A DNA stretch of 53,260 bases from Gemmatimonadaceae bacterium (lineage in GTDB: Bacteria > Gemmatimonadota > Gemmatimonadetes > Gemmatimonadales > Gemmatimonadaceae). Every line of letters begins with the position of its first letter. Within the stretch, counting starts at the first letter, position 1. The position numbers and the translations under genes are program-made. The notes beneath the pieces are model-generated. The model did no database searches and had not been told where the DNA came from. It was given only the letters and a program-made list of their open reading frames with translations. Location of the stretch: positions 1 through 53,260 of the forward strand of contig JAJAYP010000203.1 in NCBI GenBank assembly GCA_026786185.1. The letters are read 5' to 3'. This document shows, piece after piece, positions 9,616 through 18,800 of the stretch.

Positions 9616-10419
9616 GTGCACGTCGTTGCCTGCCTTCCTCGCTTCCTCCTCGCGCACATCAGGGTCGTGCTCGGAGAGGTGCATACCCTCGTCACTGCGA
9701 CGAATCCAGCGGAGCTGCACGCCCTGCTCGGGGTAGGGGACGCCGACCTGCTGATCCTCGATCCGTCGCTGCACAAGGGGCCGGTGGCCGAGGCGATCGA
9801 AACGATCATCGAGCGGCACGCGCCGCTACCGGTCGTGGTGTACACGACGCTCACGCCCGCATCGATGCGTCAGGTGTTGCGGTTGTCGCGGCTGGGCGTG
9901 CAGCACGTGGTGTTGAACAGGTTCGACGATGAGCCAGCTCGGTTTCTGGAGCTCATCGAACGGGTGCCGGCGCACCCGGTCGCCGAACTGATGTTGCGGG
10001 AGCTGGAAGGGTCGTTGCGGTCGATGCCCGTAGTGCTGGCGCGTGCGGTGGAGCAGCTGGTTCGGTCGCCATCGCGGGCCAGGAACAGTCAGGAGTTGGC
10101 GGCGATGGCGGGCATGACCCTGCGCACGCTCTATCGCCATCTGACACCGCTGGGGCTCCAGCCCCGGCACCTGATCGTGTGTGCACGGCTGCTGCGGGCG
10201 TACGTCTTCCTCCGCGGGCCGGGCAGTCGGTTGAAGGAGGTTGCACGCAAGCTGGGATATCCCGATCCCAGCCATTTGAGCGAACAACTGCGGGACTGGA
10301 CGGGGTTGACCCCGAAGGACATCGGGCGAGGTCTGCCGGCGACCGAGTTCGTGCGTCGGATCGCCGAGCACCTTCGTGGTGTCGAAGCGGAGGTCGAGGA
10401 TGAGGTGGGGCCGGTGTGA
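9616..10419 (+). CDS. AraC-family transcriptional regulator with N-terminal receiver-like domain
   Basis: The C-terminal AraC HTH reads SQELAAMAGMTLRTLYRHL ... LGYPDPSHLSEQLRDWTGLTP. The N-terminal part has a CheY-like fold pattern (DLLILD, VVVYT). The start is uncertain; I chose GTG 9616 so the AT-rich repeat stays intergenic. The ORF begins at 9514. Confidence 0.65.
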   Translation: MHVVACLPRFLLAHIRVVLGEVHTLVTATNPAELHALLGVGDADLLILDPSLHKGPVAEAIETIIERHAPLPVVVYTTLTPASMRQVLRLSRLGVQHVVLNRFDDEPARFLELIERVPAHPVAELMLRELEGSLRSMPVVLARAVEQLVRSPSRARNSQELAAMAGMTLRTLYRHLTPLGLQPRHLIVCARLLRAYVFLRGPGSRLKEVARKLGYPDPSHLSEQLRDWTGLTPKDIGRGLPATEFVRRIAEHLRGVEAEVEDEVGPV

Positions 10420-10456
10420 CTGTCACCCCACGGCGCGGTGACGCGAGGATGTGTGC

Positions 10457-10888
10457 ATGAGCGAGACTCACGATGAGGATGCGATGATGCAGGAACCCGT
10501 GCGGGTGCTGGTGGTGGACGACGAGCCGGCCATCTGCAAGGCGCTCATGATCGCCTTGCAGCGAGCGGGCTACGACGCGCGATCTGCGCAGTCGGGCGAC
10601 AGTGCGCTCGCCCTGATGGGCAGGGAGCACATCGACGTCCTGCTGATCGACCTCCGAATCCCCGACACGCGTGGCGACGTGGTGTTCGAGCTCGCCGCGG
10701 CCACGCATCCGCATCTGCGGCACCAGACCGTGTTCATGACGGGCGATATTTCCGAACGGGCCACGCGGCTGATCGCGTCGTGCAAGTGCCCGATGCTCAA
10801 GAAGCCGTTCGAGTTGCGCGAGATGCTGACCACCGTGGCTGGCCTGGTTCCGGAGCGGAAGCTCGACGTGCGCGGGCAGAGCGCATAG
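10457..10888 (+). CDS. Stand-alone response regulator receiver (CheY-like)
   Basis: VRVLVVDDEP...DVLLIDLRIPD...KKPF is a classic receiver domain with the phospho-acceptor Asp. Confidence 0.8.
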   Translation: MSETHDEDAMMQEPVRVLVVDDEPAICKALMIALQRAGYDARSAQSGDSALALMGREHIDVLLIDLRIPDTRGDVVFELAAATHPHLRHQTVFMTGDISERATRLIASCKCPMLKKPFELREMLTTVAGLVPERKLDVRGQSA

Positions 10889-10964
10889 AACGGCGCAACC
10901 GTCACGCTGAGGCGCTTTCGGCGAGGGACGCGGGCCTTGGCTCACCAGGCGCGCGCCCGGGTAC

Positions 10965-11558
10965 CTACAGCGACCAGCCCTTGAGCTTCGCGATAGTCTC
11001 TTCGAGTGCGCGGCGCTCATCATCGCGGCTCGCTTCGGCCCACAGGCCCTCGAACGTGCGGACCGCGAGATCGAGCGCGAGTGGATCGTGCTCCGCGCCC
11101 GCAACACTCGCGGCGTTGTCGGCGAGTGCCGCGCGCGCCAGCTGATCGGCCGGAAACCGCTCGGCCACGCGTGCCCATCGCTCCATGCGAGCACGTGGAG
11201 AGGATTCGGCGAGCGCCCAGAGGTGCCAGGCGCCGCGATTCGACTCGTCGGCAGCGATCGCCCGGCTCGCCAGCTCCCCGACGACGTCGGCACCTCGACC
11301 GGTGAGCCAGTACGCATTCGCGAGGATGACCATCGATTGCGCGTCGTCGGCGCGCGCGGCGACGACGCGCTCGTAGACCGGGATGACGACTTCTGGGAGA
11401 TCGCGGAACGGCGCCGCGGCGGCGATGAGCGCGTCCGGTTCCGCTCCCTTCGCCACCGCCGTCACCCGGTCCAGGAGTGCGCCGACATCGCCCAGCAAGT
11501 GGTATTGCTCGACGGCGGCCGCGAGCGCAGCGACTGGATCGGCAGAGGAGGAGCGCAT
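10965..11558 (-). CDS. Hypothetical helical protein
   Basis: The composition is protein-like (…MVILANAYWLTGRGADVV…). The two overlapping alternative-frame ORFs are Arg/Pro-rich junk. Confidence 0.5.
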   Translation of the reverse strand: MRSSSADPVAALAAAVEQYHLLGDVGALLDRVTAVAKGAEPDALIAAAAPFRDLPEVVIPVYERVVAARADDAQSMVILANAYWLTGRGADVVGELASRAIAADESNRGAWHLWALAESSPRARMERWARVAERFPADQLARAALADNAASVAGAEHDPLALDLAVRTFEGLWAEASRDDERRALEETIAKLKGWSL

Positions 11559-11957
11559 GCATGAAAGCTATCCGGGCGATCGCGCATTGGTTGCTTCGTC
11601 CGCTTCGCGGTGGCGCGCATCGTCGGACCCCCCGCGCAGAATATTCGCGCCAGTGGAGGGTGGGTTGCGCGAACGGCGCGCATTGACGATACTCGTGGCG
11701 TCTGGTGGTCCGACCGCGTTCGCGTCCGACCGTCCGAGCAACGTCGCGCGGCAGTCCAGTGCCCCGTGTTCAACGGGTGCACGAGGCAAGACGAGTCGCC
11801 GCGCCCAATCAACACCATCGCCCGGCCCCGCGTGTGGAATCCGCGCCGGCGGACGAACGAGGCACAGCACCGATTCGCGTCGCATCACTTCGACGTACCA
11901 CGTGGACTCGCCCCTGCGCGAGACCCCACGACCATTCACCCTGACCTTCAGCACCGC

Positions 11958-13508
11958 ATGAACGAACGCCGGCGTCCCCCTCGTCGTGGTCGCGGACCTC
12001 GCCCTGGTGCTCCCGCAGGTACCGATGACATGGGAGAGGACAATCCGTATCGCGAGGGACCGATCGACGGTGGGGCTCCACCGTCGTCCGACACGTCTCC
12101 TGGAATGATCGATTCGGATGCTCCGCCTGCGGAAGCCGACACAGCGCCGCCCGTCCTGCTTCCCGCGCCGCAGCCGAACGGAGAAGCCCCACCATCCGGG
12201 CCGACCGGTGGTGCGCCTCGCGATCCTCATCGAGAGGCTCGCCCACCGCGCGAGCCGCGCGAGCCGCGAGGTGCGCACGAGCAGAACGGTCGTCGCAGTC
12301 GCCGGAATCGAGGGCGCGGCCGGCAGCAAGGCGGTGCGCTTCCCGGCGAACGACCGCAGCCCGCTCCGTCCGCTCCCGTGCAGCTCGTGGCGACGGGCGA
12401 GACGAGAGGGTGGTACGATCCGGCCCGCGACGGCGGGTATGTGCGCCGAGCGCACGCGAGCTATCTGGTCGATGCCGGTGACGCGTTCGTGCCGTCTCAC
12501 CTCGCGCGGCAGCACAACCTCCGCAAGAGCGACGAGCTGTCAGCCACCACGGGACGGGATCAGCGCGGTCGCACCGCCGTCATCGAGATCACGTCCATCA
12601 ACGGCAGCGCCCCCGCAGATTCCGCACGCCGTGCGGAGTTCAACACGCTCACGGCGACGTATCCGGAGCGAAAGCTGTTCCTGGAAACCGGACGTCCGGC
12701 CAAGACGGGACACGAGCTGACGCGTCGCGCGATCGACCTCATCGCGCCGATCGGGTATGGCCAGCGCGCACTGATCGTCGCACCGGCACGAGCCGGCAAG
12801 ACGACATTGCTGCACGCCATCACCGAGGGCATCGCGCTCAACCATCCGTCCGCGCACCTGCTCATCCTGCTCGTGGATGAGCGTCCCGAGGAAGTGAGCG
12901 AGGCCATCTCATGGGGTGTCGGTGAGGTCATCGCTTCCAGCTTCGATCAACCTGCGGCGCGGCATGTCGAGGTCACCGAGATGGTGCTCGAGCGCGCGCG
13001 TCGACTGGTCGAACTGGGCAAGGACGTGGTCATCGTGCTCGACTCGCTGACGCGCATGGCGCGCGCGCACAACACGGCGGAGCGAGGCACGGGGCGCACG
13101 ATGTCGGGCGGACTCGACGCGCAGGCGATGGCGAAGCCGAAGGCGTTCTTCGGCTCGGCGCGATCGGTCGCCGAGGGTTCGGGCGGCGGATCGCTGACGA
13201 TCATCGCGACAGCGCTCGTGGAGACCGGCTCGCGAATGGACGACATCATCTTCGAGGAATTCAAGGGCACGGGCAATTGCGAGATCAAGCTGGACCGGTC
13301 GCTGGCCGAGAAGCGCATCTATCCGGCGATCGACATCGCCACGAGCGGGACACGTCGCGAGGAGAAGCTGTTCCGACCCGACCAGCTCGAGCACGTGTAC
13401 ACGCTTCGCCGGGGTCTCGGTCAGATGCCTCCGCAGGCGGGCATGGAGTGGCTGATCAAGCGCATCGCGAACACGCCGGGCAACGATCAGCTTCTGGAAG
13501 GGCTGTAA
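11958..13508 (+). CDS. rho: Transcription termination factor Rho with an Arg/Pro/Gly-rich N-terminal extension
   Basis: A CSD-like RNA-binding segment (GWYDPARDGGYVRR..DAFV) is present. Walker A is APARAGKTTLL. The Q/R-loop region is ALVETGSRMDDIIFEEFKGTGNCEIKLDRSLAEKRIYPAIDI. ATG 11958 is chosen as the start; the ORF opens at 11610. Confidence 0.9.
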   Translation: MNERRRPPRRGRGPRPGAPAGTDDMGEDNPYREGPIDGGAPPSSDTSPGMIDSDAPPAEADTAPPVLLPAPQPNGEAPPSGPTGGAPRDPHREARPPREPREPRGAHEQNGRRSRRNRGRGRQQGGALPGERPQPAPSAPVQLVATGETRGWYDPARDGGYVRRAHASYLVDAGDAFVPSHLARQHNLRKSDELSATTGRDQRGRTAVIEITSINGSAPADSARRAEFNTLTATYPERKLFLETGRPAKTGHELTRRAIDLIAPIGYGQRALIVAPARAGKTTLLHAITEGIALNHPSAHLLILLVDERPEEVSEAISWGVGEVIASSFDQPAARHVEVTEMVLERARRLVELGKDVVIVLDSLTRMARAHNTAERGTGRTMSGGLDAQAMAKPKAFFGSARSVAEGSGGGSLTIIATALVETGSRMDDIIFEEFKGTGNCEIKLDRSLAEKRIYPAIDIATSGTRREEKLFRPDQLEHVYTLRRGLGQMPPQAGMEWLIKRIANTPGNDQLLEGL

Positions 13509-13553
13509 GCGGCATCGTCTGGCGCCCTCGGGCGTCCGGGCCCATCCTTTGCT

Positions 13554-15863
13554 ATGGATAGGCTCGCCATGCTCCTCTGCCGCCGTCTCGGGCGTACGGC
13601 GCTCGTGTGTCTCGCGAGCGCCGTTGCTGCGCCCTCCCTGTTCGCCCAGCTCGCCTCGGCCGTTTCCGCCACGCCCGAGGTGCGCAAGCTCGAATTCAAG
13701 GGGATAGAGAACGTCGAGCGTGCGGCGCTCGAGAAGAGCATCTCCACCACCGCGACGCGGTGCCGGAGCTTTCTGCTCAGTCCGATCTGCCGCTTTTCGC
13801 GCTTCCGCGGGTTCGAGGAACGACACTACCTCGATCACCGGGAGTTGCGGCGTGATGTCCTGCGCATCCGCGTCTTCTACTTCAAGCACGGTTTCCGCGA
13901 GGCGCAGGTCGACACCGCCGTCACGCGGCTCACCGACAAGACCGTCGCCGTCCGGTTCGACATCGTCGAGGGCCCGCCCACGGTGGTGACCGAGGTGACG
14001 GTGAATCACGACTCCACGCTCATCAAGCCGAAAAAGGTGCGCGAGCTGACGCGGGTCGTCGTCGGCGAGCCGCTGGACCTCTTCCAGCTCGACTCCACCC
14101 GGGTCCTCTTCCAGAACGAGCTGTGGGAACAGGGCTACGCCGACGCACTGGTGGACACGTCATCGGTGGTCGATGCGGTGAGTCGCACCGCGCGCGTGAA
14201 CGTGCGGCTGGTGCCCAGCCATGTGACGACGATCGGCCAAATCGTGATCACCGGCGCGCAGAAAGTGGCATCCAGGGTGGTGCTCAACTCGCTCAGCTTC
14301 CGGCCGGGCGACCTGTATCGACGCAGTTCTATCATCCAGAGCCAGCGGAACTTGTACGAGTCGAGCCTGTTCAAGCTTGCCGTGCTGGATGTGCCGCAGT
14401 CGTTCGACAGCGCCAAGACGGTGAACGTGCTGTTGCGCGAGGCTCCGTTGCACGAGGCGAGGCTCAGCGGCGGCTTCAACACGGTCGACTACATCCAGAC
14501 CGAGGCGCGATATACCGCCTACAACCTGCTCGGTGGCGCTCGGCGGCTGGAGTTGTCGGGAACGGTTGGCAACCTGTTCGCCAGCGCGATGAACGGCCGC
14601 GGCATCTTCCGGCGGATCCAGGCCGACACGACGATCACTGGTGACGCGAAGGCGTTCCTCCAGCCGACCTGGCAGACGAGTGCCACGCTCGTCCAGCCCG
14701 CGTTTCTGCAGCGCCCGCGCAACTCGCTGTCGTTCGGCGCGTTCGCGCAGCGGCGCGCCGTGCCGGCCGTCGTGATCGACCGTGGCTACGGAGGCAACGT
14801 CACCTTCACGCGGCAGCTCGGCATTCGTGCCACCGGAAGCGCGACGTATCGGTTCGAGGTCACGCGCGTGGAGGCGGGTGGGCCGTACTTCTGCGTCAAT
14901 TTCGGCGTGTGCGACACGACGTCGATCACCGCCTTGCGCGCGCACCAGCGGTTGTCGCCCATCAACCTGCAGGCGCAGTCCGACCGGACGGACCAGCCGC
15001 TCTCGCCCACGCGCGGGTATCGCGCCCGCGCTGATCTCGAGCATGCGTCGCAGGCGACGGTGTCGGATTACGCGTTCAATCGCGCGTCGGCCGACGGCAC
15101 GCTGTATTCGCGGTTCGGGCCGCGAGGCGCGGTGCTCGCGTCGCACCTCCGCTTCGGCTTCGTGCGTCCACTCGCCGGCACGACCGACGGGGTGCTGCAT
15201 CCCCGCAAGCGATTCTACGCAGGGGGATCGCAGTCCGTGCGCGGATTCGGCGAGAACCAGCTCGGTCCGCGGATCCTCACGCTGCCGCATGGGTACCTGA
15301 TCCATGCACAGGACGCGAACGGCAATCCATGTGACGCATTTTCGGATGCCATCCGGTTCTGCGACCCCAATTCCGCCGCGGATTCCGTGGCGAACAAGGC
15401 GGGCGTCTTCGGGCAGGTGGACGACGACAAGTTCATTCCGCGTCCGCTCGGCGGCACGTCGCTCATCGAGGGCAGTGTGGAGTATCGCTTTCCCCTTCCC
15501 TTTCTGAGCAATCTGGGCGGCGCCGTGTTCGTCGACGGTGCCGCCGTCGGCGAACGCGTGTTCGACCCGCTGGGTGGCGGACTGAACTCGCTGGCGAGCC
15601 TGGTGAGCGGCAGGGGAGCCATCACGCCGGGGTTCGGCATTCGGTACTACTCACCGGTCGGACCGATCCGCGTCGACGTCGGGATCAACACCGGAACCAC
15701 CGAGGATCTTGCTGTCGTGACCGAGGTGATACGAAACGGCAAGCGGGAGATCGTGCCGCTCGACATTCCGCGACGCTATTCCGCCACGGGTTCCGACCGG
15801 GGCGTGTTTCGCAACGCGCTGAATCGCATGGTGCTCCACCTGTCCATCGGGCAGCCGTACTGA
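13554..15863 (+). CDS. Omp85/BamA-family outer-membrane protein (TamA-like partner of TamB)
   Basis: It has a signal peptide, POTRA-like repeats (VRKLEFKGIENV.., VTEVTVNHDS..) and a C-terminal surface-antigen beta-barrel (..GIRYYSPVGPIRVDVG..). A 1-nt stop/start overlap joins it to the next gene. Confidence 0.8.
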   Translation: MDRLAMLLCRRLGRTALVCLASAVAAPSLFAQLASAVSATPEVRKLEFKGIENVERAALEKSISTTATRCRSFLLSPICRFSRFRGFEERHYLDHRELRRDVLRIRVFYFKHGFREAQVDTAVTRLTDKTVAVRFDIVEGPPTVVTEVTVNHDSTLIKPKKVRELTRVVVGEPLDLFQLDSTRVLFQNELWEQGYADALVDTSSVVDAVSRTARVNVRLVPSHVTTIGQIVITGAQKVASRVVLNSLSFRPGDLYRRSSIIQSQRNLYESSLFKLAVLDVPQSFDSAKTVNVLLREAPLHEARLSGGFNTVDYIQTEARYTAYNLLGGARRLELSGTVGNLFASAMNGRGIFRRIQADTTITGDAKAFLQPTWQTSATLVQPAFLQRPRNSLSFGAFAQRRAVPAVVIDRGYGGNVTFTRQLGIRATGSATYRFEVTRVEAGGPYFCVNFGVCDTTSITALRAHQRLSPINLQAQSDRTDQPLSPTRGYRARADLEHASQATVSDYAFNRASADGTLYSRFGPRGAVLASHLRFGFVRPLAGTTDGVLHPRKRFYAGGSQSVRGFGENQLGPRILTLPHGYLIHAQDANGNPCDAFSDAIRFCDPNSAADSVANKAGVFGQVDDDKFIPRPLGGTSLIEGSVEYRFPLPFLSNLGGAVFVDGAAVGERVFDPLGGGLNSLASLVSGRGAITPGFGIRYYSPVGPIRVDVGINTGTTEDLAVVTEVIRNGKREIVPLDIPRRYSATGSDRGVFRNALNRMVLHLSIGQPY

Positions 15864-18800
15864 TGTTGCTGCGCCGACTTTTCCGACTGCTCGTCGTGTT
15901 GAGCGTAGTCGCGGTGCTGGCGGTGCTGGCGCTGTGGATCGTCTCCAGCACCGATCTCGGGCGGGAACGTGTTCGGCGTCTCGCGCTCTCCTCATTGGGT
16001 GGTGCGACGCATGGGATCGTGAAGATCGGAGCGGTGCACGGCAACCTCCTGAAGGGGGCCATGCTCGTGGACATCTCGATCACCGACAGCGCGGGCCGGC
16101 CGTTCCTGAAGGCGGACTCGCTTGGCGGCAGCTATATGGTGCGCGGTCTTCTCTCCAAGCGGATCGACATCGACAATCTCGTGTTCTTTCGCCCGCGGGT
16201 CGTGGTGGAGAAGCTGCCGGGCGGACAGGAGTGGAACTACCGCCGGCTCTGGCCGCAGTCGGAGCCGACCGGGCCGGTGGACACGCTGCCCGGGTGGGGC
16301 GCCTGGGTGCGGTTCACGAACGCTACCATCATCGGCGGCGACATCGTGGTGCGCTCGCCCTGGTCACCGCGCACCGGACTCTCGGCGCGCGTACGCGACA
16401 GTGTCGTGAAGGACGCGCTGGGCGACGGGTCACGGTTGAAGATCATCGCGGTGCCCGGAGGCTACCAGAAAGTCATCGAGCTCTCGAAGGTGGACGCGAC
16501 GCTGCCGCTCGTGCGGATCGAGGACCCGGCGTTCAAGAATCGACTTATCCAGGTATCAGGTCTGCGCATGGTGGCGTATCCGTTCCGGCCGCCACCGGCG
16601 GAAGTGCGGGCGCTGGCGGGCAACTTCGAGTTCGACGACGACTCGCTCTGGTGGAAGGGTGTGAGCGCGCGGTTGCCCGGGTCGAATGTGAAAGGCGACG
16701 GGATGTACAACATCGACAACGGCGACATGCGGCTGGCGCTCGCGGCGACGCCCGCGGCGTTCAATGATTTCAAGTGGCTGTATCAGCGGTTTCCCACGGA
16801 GGGAGGTGGAAACCTCGGGCTGTCCATCCTCTGGAAAGGCGCGACCCAGGACTATGTCGTGCGAGAGGCCGATGTGCGCAGCGGCAGCGCGCATGTTCGA
16901 GGCGACGTGGGTGTGACCGTGGCCGATACGACCTTCTTTCACGGTGCCAATCTCCGCTTCACCGGGGTGACGACGAAGCAGATTGCCGAAGTGGATCCGT
17001 CGCTCCGATCGCCGCGCGATGGAGCGCTGTCCGGATACGCCCGATTCAGCGGTGCGCTCAAGCGGCTCGCGATCGATGACGCCGACGTCACGTTCCTGGC
17101 GTACGGGCGCGGAACGAACCGGGTGCAGGCACGCGGTGTCGTGGGATTTGCGGGGCCGAAGTACGTCGTGAGCGCGCGCGACCTGCGGTTGCGCATGCTC
17201 CCATTGCAGATCGACATCGTGAAGCTGCTCTTTCCCACGCTGCCGGTGGGTGGCACGCTCAGCGGCAGCATGACGCTCAATGGAAACGGCGCAACGCAAC
17301 TCGTGGCGTCGAATCTCGATGTGGTGCATCAGGACGGCTCGAATCGGTCTCGCGTCGCCGGTCGTGGTGCCGTGCACACTACCGGAACGCCGACGCTGGA
17401 CCTCGCCGTGATGGCGCAACCGTTCGCACTCGCCGAGCTGACGAAGTTTGCACCCGCCTTGCCGCTCAAGGGTTTCGCCACTGGTCCCGTGCGCGCTCGC
17501 GGCCCGATGGACGCCGTGCAGCTGGACACGCGACTGAGCCTGCCGGGTGGAGCTGTGCTCGCGCTGCGCGGTACGGTGGACTTCAAATCGAAGGAGCTGG
17601 GTTACGATGTTGTCGCCGACGCGACCGCGCTCGACCTGAGCCGGGTCGTGATCGGAGCGCCCGCCACTGCGCTGACGGGGGGTGGCACGGCGCGCGGGCG
17701 CGGATTCAAGCCGGCAACGATGTTCGCCGACCTTGCATTCGAGTTCGGCCCATCGTCGGTCGATACGCTCGGCGTCGACTCGCAGTCCGTTCGTGCGCGC
17801 CTCGCGAACGGGGTGGCGAACATCGAGCGCGCCCGCCTGCGCGCATCGGGCGCGCTCGTCGACATTGCGGGACAGTTCGGCCTCGACGCGGGCCACGCGG
17901 GGACGCTCACGTACGCAGTGGCCATCGATTCGATCGCGGCGTTCGCCCGCTTCATTCCCGGACTGGGACCGGATACCGGGGTCGTGATGCCCCGACCGCT
18001 CCTCACCGCCGAGCTGCTCAGGATTGCGCGGGCGGATTCCGCGCGGGCGGATCGCGAGACCGAAGTGCAGCGCGCGATCAGCGGCGCTCGACCGTCGTCG
18101 GTCCGCGTGCCGACCGACACGCCGCGCGCCATTCCGCGAAACGTGCTCGCCGGTGCGCTGAAGGCCGCCGGCACGATCAGTGGATCGCTGAACCGATTCA
18201 GCGTGCGCGGCTCGGCCAATGGCACGGGCCTCATCGTGCGCGGCAACGCGGCGCGGCACATTGCCGCGACATACGGTTGGGAGGATGCGCGCACGTCGCG
18301 GTCGAAGCTCACCGTTGCACTCGCCGGCGATGCGATCAGCGCGTTCGGCTTCTCGTTCGACAGTCTGGCCGGCGACCTGTCGTATCTCGCACCCGGCGGG
18401 ACCCTCGCGCTGCGGATTCGGCAGAGTTCAGAGCGAGACTATGCGGTGCAGGGCGACTTCGTCCTGCATGCGGATCACAACGAGCTCCACGTGGCAGGCG
18501 TCGCCCTGCGTTTCGATACGACGACCTGGCGCACGACGCACCCCTCGACGATCCGCTGGGGCGGGCGCGGGATCGAAGTCGTCAACCTCGAGCTGCGGAG
18601 CGGACCTGGCCAGCGGATCTTCGCGAATGGCCTGCTTCCCACGGACGGTCGCGCGAACTTCGACCTCGCGATCGAGAACTTCGCCGTGGAGAACGTGGCC
18701 GAGCTGCTGCAGAGCGACCTCGCACTGACCGGGCGACTGAGCCTGGACGCCCATGTGGAGGGCACGTCATCGGATCCTCGCGCGAATGGACGGGTGGATC

